In this document: piece by piece, positions 1 to 9,004 of the stretch | Layout of the letters: the number at the start of each line of letters is the position of its first letter | Numbering within the stretch: position 1 is the first letter of the stretch | Assembly: GCA_947629985.1 (NCBI GenBank) | Contig: CANRFV010000004.1 | Location: 26,308 to 90,307 of the forward strand | DNA length: 64,000 nucleotides | Reading direction: 5' to 3' | DNA from: an uncultured Clostridia bacterium | Lineage (GTDB): Bacteria; Bacillota; Clostridia; Christensenellales; CAG-314 | Position numbers and translations under genes: made by a program | The notes under the pieces: generated by a model | Seen by the model: only the letters and a program-made list of their open reading frames with translations | Databases searched by the model: none | Told to the model about the DNA's origin: nothing

Positions 1-767
1 GCCGCAATTTTGCCAAACAGCGCCAGCGCGTTGGCGCGTATTTGTTCTTCCGCTTGTCGGGCGGTTACCGCGTAAAAACTTGCAATTTTGTTTACTATTA
101 TGGGAATGTTCAGCGGCGTATTGATTTTGCCGCGCAACGGTTCGGGCGACATATACGGGCTGTCGGTTTCGCTAAGCACGCGGTTTAGCGGAATTTGCGC
201 AAAAACGTCGGCTTTATCGGCGTTTTTGAAGGTTATCGCCCCGCCGAAAGCGAAGTAGTGCCCTTGCATTACGGCTTGACGGGCAAATTCGGCGCTGCCG
301 CTGTAACAGTGCCACAGCACGCCGTTGTTAAGATATCTTTTTTGCGCGCGCAATATGTCCCACGCGTCGCCGTATGCGTCGCGAATGTGCAGCGTTACGG
401 GCAAGTGCAATTTGTCGGCAATTTCCAACTGACGCGCAAATACGTCTCGCTGAATTTTTCTGTCGGACAAGTCGTAGTAGTAATCCAGCCCTATCTCGCC
501 CACGGCAACAACTTTGGGGCAGGCGGCAAGTTCCGTCATTTTGCGCTCGAATTCGTCGTCGAAATCCTTGCTGTCGTGCGGATGCATGCCCACGGTGGCG
601 TATACGGCGTCGTACCGACGAGCCAATTGCACGCCGTCAAGCATACTTTGCAAATTGCAACTGTTGTTTATAACAAATTCTATGCCGTTTTGCGGCAGGG
701 ACGCTATTATTTCGTCCGCCTTGTCGCGCAGTTTGTCGTCGTCAAGGTGCAAATGGCTGTCTATCAT
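1..767 (-). CDS. tatD: TatD-family metal-dependent hydrolase/DNase (3' end cut by window edge)
   Basis: Own translation of the minus strand from ATG 767-765 gives MIDSHLHLDDDKL..ATVGMHPHD..VGEIGLDYYYD..LHIRDAYGD..CYSGS..SETDSPYMSP, the TatD/YabD motif series. ATGA overlap with the metG stop. Not in the ORF track because there is no stop inside the window. Confidence 0.85.
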   Translation of the reverse strand, partial: MIDSHLHLDDDKLRDKADEIIASLPQNGIEFVINNSCNLQSMLDGVQLARRYDAVYATVGMHPHDSKDFDDEFERKMTELAACPKVVAVGEIGLDYYYDLSDRKIQRDVFARQLEIADKLHLPVTLHIRDAYGDAWDILRAQKRYLNNGVLWHCYSGSAEFARQAVMQGHYFAFGGAITFKNADKADVFAQIPLNRVLSETDSPYMSPEPLRGKINTPLNIPIIVNKIASFYAVTARQAEEQIRANALALFGKIA

Positions 768-2692
768 CGTACGGTACAACCGCTCGGCAAGTCGCTTTCG
801 GGGCTTACCACAACAACTTTGTCGCCGTCGGTGGCGCACAATATCATGCCGTTGCTTTCCACGCCGCGTATCTTGGCGGGTTTTAGATTGCTTACCAACA
901 CGACTGTTTTGCCTGTCAACTGTTGCGGAGAGTAGTATTGAGCAATGCCGCTTACCACTTGGCGCGTTTGCGTACCCACCTGCAATTTAAGCAGTAACAA
1001 CTTGTCGCTTTTGGCAACGGGCTCGCACGCGATCACCTTTGCCGTAAGCAGTTGCACCTTGGCAAAGTCGTCTATGGTAATTTGCGGCGTTTGCTCGGTT
1101 TGCGGCGCGGATTCCTTGGCGTTGTCGGCGGCGGCAAGCGCGGCAAGTTCGCGCAATTCCTTTTCTACATCTATGCGGTTGAACAAATTGTCTCCCTTGT
1201 TTACGCGCAGACCCGCAACCGCCTTGCCGAAGGAGTTAAGTTGCGCAAAGTCTTTTGTGTCGGCGTAGCCGATTTTTGCAAATATTTTGTCCGCCGTTTG
1301 CGGAATAAAGGGCGCAAGCAACGTTGCTGCAAAGCGAATACACTCGGCAAGCACGTTCATCACTGTGGCAAGGCGCGCCTTGTCTCCGTTTTTGTTTAGC
1401 GCCCAGGGCATGGTTTCGTCTATATATTTGTTTGCGCGTTGAATTATTTTGAATATATCCGCCAACGCGTCCGGCGCGGACAGATTGTCCATATCTACAC
1501 GCACCTTGTCAAGCGCGCCCAGACACAGCGTTTGCAGTTCGTTATCCAACGGCGTGTACTGCGTAGCCGCGGGAACCGTTCCGTCGAAATATTGCGTTAT
1601 CATTGCGGTGGTGCGCGATACAAGGTTGCCCAAATCGTTTACCAAATCGGCGTTTGTGCGGGCAAACAGCGCTTCGGTAGAGTAGTTGCCGTCGCTGCCG
1701 AAGGGAATTTCGCGCAACAAAAAGTATCTTACCGTATCTGCGCCGTAGCGGTCGGCAAGCACAAAGGGGTCCACAACGTTGCCCTTGGATTTGCTCATTT
1801 TGTCCCCGTCAAACAGCAGCCAGCCGTGCCCGTAAACCTTTTTGGGCAGGGGCAGATCCAACGCCATAAGCAACGCGGGCCATATTATGGTGTGAAAACG
1901 CACAATTTCCTTGCCCACCATGTGCAGATCCGCCGGCCAATACTTGTCGAAAGCGGCGTGATCTTCCTGCAAATAGCCCAATGCGGTAATGTAGTTTGTA
2001 AGCGCGTCCACCCAAACGTAAGCGACGTGCTTTGGGTCGAAGGGCAGTTTTATGCCCCAATCGAAGGTGGTGCGCGATATGCACAGATCTTTAAGCCCCG
2101 GCTTGATAAAATTGTTTATCATTTCGTTCATTCGCGATTTGGGCGAGATAAAATCGGGGTTTTGATTGTAAAATTCGATAAGCCTGTCCTGATATTTGGA
2201 CAGACGGAAGAAGTAACTTTCTTCTTTTTGCAATTTTACTTCGCGTCCGCAGTCGGGGCACTTGCCGTCTGCAAGTTGACTTTCCGTCCAAAACGATTCG
2301 CACGGCGTGCAATACCACCCTTCGTACGACGATTTGTAAATATCGCCGCTGTCCAGCAGTTTTTGGTATATTTTTTGCACGGTTTTTTCGTGATAGTCGT
2401 CGGTGGTGCGGATAAACTTGTCGTAACTTATGTTAAGAGTAGCCCACAGTTTTATTATTTGCTCGTGAAGCGCGTCCACAAACTGTTTGGGGCTTACCCC
2501 CGCGGCTTGGGCTTTTTGCTGAACTTTTTGTCCGTGTTCGTCCGTGCCGGTAAGGTAAAATACGTCGTAACCGTCGCGGCGCTTAAAGCGAGCGATGGCG
2601 TCGCAAATTACTGTGGTGTAACAATGCCCTATGTGGAAATTTCCGCTGCTGTAATAAATGGGCGTGGTAATGTAAAAGGTTTTTTTGTTCAT
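764..2692 (-). CDS. metG: Methionine--tRNA ligase with C-terminal tRNA-binding domain
   Basis: 655-aa ORF. Start moved to ATG 2692 (MNKKTFYITTPIYY). HIGH-type motif (GNFHIGH), KMSKS motif (KMSKSKGN), and a C-terminal Trbp111/EMAP-like domain (LLKLQVG..VVSGIAQYY..VVLVSNLKPAKIRGVESNGMIL). Confidence 0.95.
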   Translation of the reverse strand: MNKKTFYITTPIYYSSGNFHIGHCYTTVICDAIARFKRRDGYDVFYLTGTDEHGQKVQQKAQAAGVSPKQFVDALHEQIIKLWATLNISYDKFIRTTDDYHEKTVQKIYQKLLDSGDIYKSSYEGWYCTPCESFWTESQLADGKCPDCGREVKLQKEESYFFRLSKYQDRLIEFYNQNPDFISPKSRMNEMINNFIKPGLKDLCISRTTFDWGIKLPFDPKHVAYVWVDALTNYITALGYLQEDHAAFDKYWPADLHMVGKEIVRFHTIIWPALLMALDLPLPKKVYGHGWLLFDGDKMSKSKGNVVDPFVLADRYGADTVRYFLLREIPFGSDGNYSTEALFARTNADLVNDLGNLVSRTTAMITQYFDGTVPAATQYTPLDNELQTLCLGALDKVRVDMDNLSAPDALADIFKIIQRANKYIDETMPWALNKNGDKARLATVMNVLAECIRFAATLLAPFIPQTADKIFAKIGYADTKDFAQLNSFGKAVAGLRVNKGDNLFNRIDVEKELRELAALAAADNAKESAPQTEQTPQITIDDFAKVQLLTAKVIACEPVAKSDKLLLLKLQVGTQTRQVVSGIAQYYSPQQLTGKTVVLVSNLKPAKIRGVESNGMILCATDGDKVVVVSPESDLPSGCTVR

Positions 2693-3217
2693 AACGTACC
2701 TCTGATTTATGCGTCCGCGCGGCAACCGCACCGTCGGAATAATTATTTTACGATCGATATTCGGACAGACGTATTTACAAAAGTATTCCCTACTCGGGCT
2801 TGCGTACTACACACAACGCGATTGCAAATTGCTTTTGCTTTTCGCTAAGATACACTTGTGTTATATCCGAATAAATGTATTTACAATTATATCTTGTTTG
2901 CAGATTTTTGTAAACAGTTTACCGTGTCGGCGCGCAAAATTAACTTTGCCGCGGCGTTGCGCGTTTGCTTGCCGCTGCAACGGCGCAGTCGGCACGCATT
3001 TGACGACTACATTGCGGCATGCATTGTACGGCTACGTTAAAGCATAAAATAAATTTCGGGTCGGTTGTAACGTTTTCGGGAGTAAAAACGGCATTGCGCC
3101 ACGTTTCAAACAGCAGTTTGGGCGCGAGCGCGGTTGCGTTCTTGCGGCAACGGCAATGCTCTTTGCCGATAACGTTCGCCCGCAAACCGCGGTAGGCAAT
3201 TGTGCAGGAGGTCTGTT

Positions 3218-3772
3218 GTGAATATTATTTGGACGGTAATTACGGCGGCGGCGTTGGCGGCGCTTACGGCGGTTGATCCGCAAAACGTGCTTTCGGTGTG
3301 CTTAAACAGTTGTTCGCAAGCGCTGACTTACGCGTTGGGGCTGTGCGCCGTGTACTGTCTGTGGTTGGGCGTGTTCAACGTGGCGGAGCGGTGTAATCTG
3401 GTGCAAAGTCTGTCGCGCCTGCTAAGCCGAGTAAACAAATTGCTGTACGGCAATTTGCAACAAACCGCGGCGGATTACGTGTCGCTCAATATGGCATCCA
3501 ACCTGTTGGGAGTAGGTAACGCCGCAACTCCGTCGGCAATTGCGGCAATTTCGCAAATGGAACGCGGCGACAAACTCAGCCGAAACGGCGCAATGCTGTT
3601 TGTAATAAACGCGGCGGGCGTGCAACTTATTCCCACAACGGTAATAGGTCTGCGCGCGGCGGCAGGCTCGGCAAATCCGTCGGATATTTTGCTGCCCAAT
3701 CTTATTGCCACGGCGCTCGGCTGTGCGGCGGGCATAGCGCTGGTATTTGCGGCGTACGGTCGCGCCAAATGA
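3218..3772 (+). CDS. spmA: Spore maturation protein A (nucleoside-recognition/Gate-domain membrane protein)
   Basis: ORF 3200-3772. The likely true start is GTG 3218, 6 nt after AGGAGG (3206-3211). Hydrophobic; ..NLLGVGNAATPSAIAAI..FVINAAGVQLIPTTVIGLR.. is typical of SpmA. It overlaps spmB by ATGA. Confidence 0.8.
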   Translation: MNIIWTVITAAALAALTAVDPQNVLSVCLNSCSQALTYALGLCAVYCLWLGVFNVAERCNLVQSLSRLLSRVNKLLYGNLQQTAADYVSLNMASNLLGVGNAATPSAIAAISQMERGDKLSRNGAMLFVINAAGVQLIPTTVIGLRAAAGSANPSDILLPNLIATALGCAAGIALVFAAYGRAK

Positions 3773-4272
3773 ATTACGTCGTTCCCTGCCTTATCGTCGC
3801 CGTGCTTGTGTACGGGCTTGTTCGCCGCGTGCCCGTGTACAATGCGTTTGTGGACGGCGCGCGCAAGTCGTTCGACTTGTCGTTGTCGATATTTCCGTAT
3901 CTGGCGGCAATTTTCATAATGGTAAACGCCTTGCACGCAAGCGGTTTGGACGTGTACGTTACGCAGGTGTTCGCTCCGCCCTTTCAATTGTTGGGCGTGC
4001 CGTCGGAAGTCGTCCAACTTGTGCTGTTGCGCCCTTTTACGGGCAGCGGAAGTCTGGCAATACTGTCTGATGTGTACGCCAAGTACGGCGCGGACAGTTA
4101 CGTTGGGCGTTGCGCGTCGGTAATTATGGGCAGCAGCGAAACGGTCTTTTACGTGGCTTCGGTGTATTTTGCCAAAACATCGGTGCGCCGCACGGGCTGG
4201 GCAATACCGATAGCGCTGTTTTGCAACCTGTTGGGCGCGGTTGCCGCATGCGCGCTGTGCAAAATTATGTAA
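3769..4272 (+). CDS. spmB: Spore maturation protein B
   Basis: 167-aa membrane ORF translationally coupled to spmA. ..LLRPFTGSGSLAILSDVYAKYGADSYVGRCASVIMGSSETVFYV.. matches the SpmB family pattern. Confidence 0.8.
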   Translation: MNYVVPCLIVAVLVYGLVRRVPVYNAFVDGARKSFDLSLSIFPYLAAIFIMVNALHASGLDVYVTQVFAPPFQLLGVPSEVVQLVLLRPFTGSGSLAILSDVYAKYGADSYVGRCASVIMGSSETVFYVASVYFAKTSVRRTGWAIPIALFCNLLGAVAACALCKIM

Positions 4273-4294
4273 ATTTGCGCGCGGACGTTGCGGT

Positions 4295-4364
4295 AAATGA
4301 ATTGCGTCGTTCCCCGCCTTATTGTTGCCATGCTTGTGTACGGGCTTGTTCGCCGCGTGCCCGT
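4295..4364 (+). repeat. 70-bp degenerate direct copy of the spmB 5' end (source 3767-3836)
   Basis: taaatgaattGcgtcgttccCcgccttatTgtTgccAtgcttgtgtacgggcttgttcgccgcgtgcccgt compared with 3767-3836. About 6 mismatches; the last ~36 nt are identical. It opens a 66-aa ORF (4297-4497) whose first 23 aa mimic SpmB. Confidence 0.9.
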
Positions 4365-4486
4365 TGAACTTTTTGCGCTTTTTTACGGCGTATTTTACCT
4401 ATATTTACAAATCTCTACACATAATTTCAAATTAAGCGGTTGTTTTTGTTTTAATATTGCATATAAGCCCATCGGGAGATATGTAA

Positions 4487-6745
4487 ATGAAGCGTAAATT
4501 AAGTGCAAAAACTATTCTGCTGTACCTTACCTACGTGGCTTTGGCGGTAATTTCGGGCGGCGTATTCGACGGCAACCTTACTTTCGGTTTGTTTGTCGGC
4601 GCAACCTATTCGTCCAACCCGATAATCGCCTGCGTAATATATGTTGCGTGTTCGGCGGTGTACGGTTGGAACGCCGTTTTGCAATCAGCTGTAAGGGCGG
4701 CGGTAATAATGCTGGCGATATTACTGCACAAACTCATTCGCAAAAAAATCGGCAAACTAAACCTGTTGCTGTACCTGGTATCGGCAAATATTTTTTATTG
4801 CGTTTACAAGTGGGACGGCTATTTTGTTCTGTTTGACAGGTTGTTGTACGCCGCTTGCGGAATTGCCTTTGCCTACGTGTGCGTGTATGTGTTCCGCGCG
4901 GTGTTCGTTCGCGGGCTGTGTTACCGCCCCGCGCTGGACGAATCGGTGTGTATAGGGCTGTTTACGGTGGTTTTTGCGTATTGCCTTGCTCGCATTACGG
5001 TGGGGCAGTTGCAACTTGTGTACTTTGTTGTGCCCTTTGCCATACTGTTTGCGGCAACGTGTTTCGGCGATACCGCGGCGCTTGCGGGGGCGGTTTTGAT
5101 GGGCATAGGCAGTATTTTTGCCGACGGAACCTACGAGTGCTGCGCTTTTTGCGTAATTGCGGCGTTGGCGGCGGTTACTTTGTGCAAGGTAAACCGCTAC
5201 GCGGGCGCGCTGGCGGTGCTTATTGTGGACGTGTTGATGTCGTTTTTTCTCGATTTGCACGGACAATTCGGCGCGTTGGTATTTGCGCCGACGTTTGTGT
5301 CGTGCTTTGTGTTTGCGGTAATTCCGTCGTCGGTGTACCGATATGTTCACGATTACTGTTGCGGCAGTGCCGAGCGCTACTTGGGCAAAAGCGTCGCGCA
5401 AAAAATCGGCGACACCGTTTCGCGCCGCCTGTACAGGCTGTCGGACATATTTTTGTCTATGAAAAACGCGTTTTTTACAATGGCGTCGGGGCAAATATCC
5501 GAAGACGACGCCCGCAAAGCGTTGGTAAAGCAATGCAGCGACGCAATATGCGGCGGCTGTGCCAATCGCACGCGCTGTTGGCGGCAGGATCTTCGCGCGA
5601 CCGAAACGGACTTTTTGCAACTTGCGGAGTGCGCCGTAGGCAAAAACAAGTGTACCATATTGGACGTTCCGCAAACGCTGTCGGTCAAATGCGACAAAAT
5701 ATCCGCCGTTTTGGCGGAAATAAACGCTCAGGCGCAGATATATAGCGCTTACCGCAAGCGCGCCGAGCAAGCGGACAACGGCAAAACGCTGTTGGGCGAG
5801 CAAATGGGCGGCGTGTCGCGGCTGTTGTTGCAGTTGGCTTCCGATTGCAAAAACCGCACCGATTACGACCGCTCGCGCGAGCGCGAAATAGTAGAGCGGT
5901 TGGTTTTTCACAACGTGTTGTGTACGGGCGTGGCAATAGCGCGCCAACGCGACGTAATTACGGTAATAGCCACCGTTGCGCACAAGGACGTGGACGCGCC
6001 CACCATCGAAAAGGTGGTTTCGGCTGTGCTTAAACAAAATATGACCGTCGAGCGCGTGGATAATACCGACAGTCCCACCTGGGCAAGCGTGTATTTGGCG
6101 GTAAAACCGCGTTTCGACGTGGTATTCGGCATAAGTTCCGCGGCAAAGCAGGGCAGCGAAGTAAGCGGCGACACCCATTCGGTACTGCGCACGGATAACG
6201 GCAAGTGTATAATTGCGCTGTGCGACGGCATGGGCAGCGGCAGCAAAGCCGAGCAAATGTCGGCAACGTCCATCGGCTTGGTGGAAAACTTTTACCGCGC
6301 GGGTTTCGACAGCGACGTAATACTGTCCTGCGTAAACAAATTGCTGGTTACGGGCGGCAACGAAATTTTTTGCGCGGTGGATATGTTGGTGCTGGATCTG
6401 TACAACGGCTTGGCGGATTTCATCAAATTGGGCGCTTCGTCGGGGCTGGTAAAAACCGACGGCAAGGTGCAGATCGTCAGCGGCAGCAGTTTGCCGTTGG
6501 GCGTGCTGGAAGAAATGACTCCGTCCGTTACCAAAAAGGCGCTGTCGTCGGGCGACATTGCGGTAATAGTGTCCGACGGCGTTGCCGATTGCTTTGCCGA
6601 CGGCGAACGTCTTGCCGCCGTGTTCAACGATGTGTCGCTCAACGTCCCCCAAAGCATTGCGGAAGTAATACTTGCCAAGGCGCTTGCCGTATGCAAAAAC
6701 AAACCTGCCGACGATATGACCGTAATAGTGGCAAAAATAGTGTAA
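4487..6745 (+). CDS. spoIIE: Stage II sporulation protein E (polytopic membrane PP2C-type phosphatase)
   Basis: 752 aa. The N-terminal ~300 aa are multi-TM. The C-terminal PP2C domain reads ..GDTHSVLRTDNGKCIIALCDGMGSGSKAEQMS..FCAVDMLVLDLYNG..IAVIVSDGVAD..DDMTVIVAKI. Confidence 0.9.
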   Translation: MKRKLSAKTILLYLTYVALAVISGGVFDGNLTFGLFVGATYSSNPIIACVIYVACSAVYGWNAVLQSAVRAAVIMLAILLHKLIRKKIGKLNLLLYLVSANIFYCVYKWDGYFVLFDRLLYAACGIAFAYVCVYVFRAVFVRGLCYRPALDESVCIGLFTVVFAYCLARITVGQLQLVYFVVPFAILFAATCFGDTAALAGAVLMGIGSIFADGTYECCAFCVIAALAAVTLCKVNRYAGALAVLIVDVLMSFFLDLHGQFGALVFAPTFVSCFVFAVIPSSVYRYVHDYCCGSAERYLGKSVAQKIGDTVSRRLYRLSDIFLSMKNAFFTMASGQISEDDARKALVKQCSDAICGGCANRTRCWRQDLRATETDFLQLAECAVGKNKCTILDVPQTLSVKCDKISAVLAEINAQAQIYSAYRKRAEQADNGKTLLGEQMGGVSRLLLQLASDCKNRTDYDRSREREIVERLVFHNVLCTGVAIARQRDVITVIATVAHKDVDAPTIEKVVSAVLKQNMTVERVDNTDSPTWASVYLAVKPRFDVVFGISSAAKQGSEVSGDTHSVLRTDNGKCIIALCDGMGSGSKAEQMSATSIGLVENFYRAGFDSDVILSCVNKLLVTGGNEIFCAVDMLVLDLYNGLADFIKLGASSGLVKTDGKVQIVSGSSLPLGVLEEMTPSVTKKALSSGDIAVIVSDGVADCFADGERLAAVFNDVSLNVPQSIAEVILAKALAVCKNKPADDMTVIVAKIV

Positions 6746-6818
6746 AATCGCACCCCATATTGCACTTTTTGCCGATAACGCGCATATTGTATGGTATATT
6801 AGGCAAGGGGGCAAACGG

Positions 6819-7430
6819 GTGTCGCAATTTGTATTGGACGATACTGTCAAGGTGGGGCGCGGCGTAACTATCGAGCCGTACGCCGTGGTAAAGGGCAATT
6901 CGGTGCTGGGCGACGGCTGCGTTATAGGCAGTTTTTCGTATGTAAACAATTCCGTCATCGGCGCAAATACGGTAATTTGCGCTTGTCGCATTACCGATAG
7001 CGTCGTGGGCAACAACTGCACCGTCGGTCCCAACGCGCATCTGCGCCAACACGCGCAAATAGGCGACGATTGCCGCGTGGGCAACTTTGTGGAAGTAAAA
7101 AACAGCGTTGTCGGCAACGGCGTAAAGGCGGCGCACCTGTCCTACATCGGCGACGCGTCGGTGGGCGACGACACCAACATCGGTTGCGGAGTTATTTTCG
7201 TCAATTACGACGGCGTATACAAGCACCGTTCGCAAGTGGGCAAGCGGTGTTTTGTCGGCAGCAATTCCAACATTATCGCGCCCGTAACGTTGGGCGACGA
7301 CTGTTTTGTCGCGTGCGGCACAACCGTCAACAAAGATATGCCCGACGGCGCGTTCGGCATAGGTCGCAGTTATCTTACCGTAAAGGAAGGTCGGGCGCAA
7401 CTCTATCTCGGCAAACGTGCGGGCAAGTAA
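6819..7430 (+). CDS. Hexapeptide-repeat (left-handed beta-helix) acetyltransferase resembling only the C-terminal half of GlmU
   Basis: 203 aa with a GTG start 8 nt after AAGGGGG. Serial [LIV]G-x4 hexapeptides and ..HLSYIGDASVGDDTNIGCGVIFVNYDG..KHRSQVGKRCFVGSNSNIIAPVTLGDD.. match the GlmU acetyltransferase domain. There is no N-terminal uridyltransferase domain. Confidence 0.7.
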   Translation: MSQFVLDDTVKVGRGVTIEPYAVVKGNSVLGDGCVIGSFSYVNNSVIGANTVICACRITDSVVGNNCTVGPNAHLRQHAQIGDDCRVGNFVEVKNSVVGNGVKAAHLSYIGDASVGDDTNIGCGVIFVNYDGVYKHRSQVGKRCFVGSNSNIIAPVTLGDDCFVACGTTVNKDMPDGAFGIGRSYLTVKEGRAQLYLGKRAGK

Positions 7431-7719
7431 CTCCGATCGACAACTTGCGCGCACGCGTCGGTTCACAACGCAACGGAAGCGGTATATTCGTCTTTCTCAG
7501 CCGCGTCTGTTTGACGCACGCGTAAGCGCGAAATTTACCCTATTTTGCCACCCATATCCGCAATTACGACGTTTTGCCCGCTTGCAAACGTAGGGCAAGG
7601 CGGTGGCTGTCGGACACTGTGGCGTGTTTACGCAGTTTTACAAGCAAATAATTTGTGTAGTACCGGGCGCGCCGAGGCGGGGCTTGCTTTGGGAGCGTTA
7701 TTGCGCTGTGCTTTTTATA

Positions 7720-7748
7720 TTGACAGCGCGCGCGTAAAAATTTATAAT
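7720..7748 (+). promoter_or_regulatory. Sigma-A-type promoter upstream of the PPTase gene
   Basis: TTGACA (7720-7725), 17-nt spacer, TATAAT (7743-7748), about 50 nt upstream of ATG 7801. Confidence 0.6.
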
Positions 7749-7800
7749 ATTTATAAATAACACGCGGCAAGTCCGTCCGCGTATTTCAACAGGTTACTTT

Positions 7801-8622
7801 ATGGCACAATTTTTACACGCCCCTCATTCCGTATACGTTTACGTTGCGCATTTCGACAACGGCGTTTGCGTGCGCGACGTTTTGCCCGCAAGCCGCAACG
7901 ATTACGTCGCTTCGGCGGCAAATTCGCTTGTGCGCGCGCAACGTTACTGCGTGTGGCGGCTGTTGGACGTCGCCCTTACGCAATGCACGGGCAAGGGCGT
8001 AGCGGACCTTTCGCTTGTCCGTTGCGACGACGGTTTGTGGCGGTGCGCGGATAGCGGCGTGTATTTTTCGTTGTCGCACAGCGGCAATGCGGTGGCGGCT
8101 GCGGTAAGCGGCGTTGCCGTAGGCGTGGACGTGGAGTTGTACCGAGCCGAGCGTTTTAACAGCCGACTTGCGCGGCGTATTGCGTCCGACGACGAGTTAC
8201 GTGCGTATTCGTTGTGCGCTCCCGGTGAAAACAGCCGATTTGTCGCCGAACTGTGGGCGCGTAGGGAAAGCGCGTTCAAGTATTACCGCAACTGCGCGCG
8301 CGACGGCGTTTCGCAGTCGTCCGCCCCCGCACCCGATACGTGTTGCCGTTGGATATCCGTAGGCGGCGCACCCTTTGTTTTGTCCGTGTCGGCAAGCCCC
8401 GCAGCGGTAAGCCCCGTGTCGGCAAGCCCTGCGTCGGCAAGCCCCACCCGCGGCGCAAATATGTCGTCCGCAGTAGCGCCCACGGCGCCCGTTTCCGTAG
8501 CCGACTCTGTCGCAAGCGCCGTTACGTCCCCGTCTGCGCCGGATTTGTCCCGCATTTCCGCACAAACGCAGCCGTTGCTCGCCCGTTTGCACATCGTCGA
8601 AATGCACGATATGTTCAATTGA
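7801..8622 (+). CDS. Sfp-type 4'-phosphopantetheinyl transferase with Ala/Ser/Pro-rich C-terminal tail
   Basis: FSLSHSGN..VGVDVE..ELWARRESAFKYY corresponds to PPTase motifs (SHS / G-x-D-x-E / W-x-x-KE-x-x-K). The last ~90 aa are low complexity (SASPAAVSPVSASPASASP...). Confidence 0.7.
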   Translation: MAQFLHAPHSVYVYVAHFDNGVCVRDVLPASRNDYVASAANSLVRAQRYCVWRLLDVALTQCTGKGVADLSLVRCDDGLWRCADSGVYFSLSHSGNAVAAAVSGVAVGVDVELYRAERFNSRLARRIASDDELRAYSLCAPGENSRFVAELWARRESAFKYYRNCARDGVSQSSAPAPDTCCRWISVGGAPFVLSVSASPAAVSPVSASPASASPTRGANMSSAVAPTAPVSVADSVASAVTSPSAPDLSRISAQTQPLLARLHIVEMHDMFN

Positions 8623-8696
8623 ATTTCCATTTTTGCTATTTATATGTTATATTTGAGCGAACTACGAAATTTTATTTTTATTATTGCGGTTAAGTA

Positions 8697-8725
8697 TTGA
8701 TATACCCTTAACAAAAGTCTATAAT
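8697..8725 (+). promoter_or_regulatory. Sigma-A-type promoter giving a ~275-nt leader for the lipoprotein gene at 9005
   Basis: TTGATA (8697-8702), 17-nt spacer, TATAAT (8720-8725). Confidence 0.5.
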
Positions 8726-9004
8726 GTTAATCGTGCAAATGTTGCCTGCATTTCGGGGCGATTGCGTTTTGAAATCGACAGGCGCGTAGGCGCATGCATA
8801 TATAATAATGTTATTTGGGCACAATGCCGTGCGGTGTGTACAAATAACGCGGTAAAATTGCGAGTCAACCCCTTGCAAGGGGTTCTTCGTTCTCCGAACG
8901 AAGAACGCTCCAACCGTTAATCCGCAAATGTGCGTAGTTACAAAACAGGTTTTAAGGGGCAACCCTGAAATAAAAAAAGAAAATCTTAATAAGGAGAAAA
9001 ATCA

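Noticed and set aside
2693-3217. A possible T-box or other leader upstream of metG, and small ORFs 2709-3283.
   Set aside because: No T-box sequence (GGGTGGTACCGCG) or specifier-loop context was found on the minus strand. The ORFs are short, overlapping, and Arg/Cys-rich. The region is left unannotated.
4757-7117. 786-aa ORF on the minus strand spanning spoIIE and the acetyltransferase gene.
   Set aside because: It is antisense to two genes with unmistakable family motifs. The product is Arg/His/Val/Gln-rich with no motifs, which marks a shadow ORF typical of GC-balanced coding DNA.
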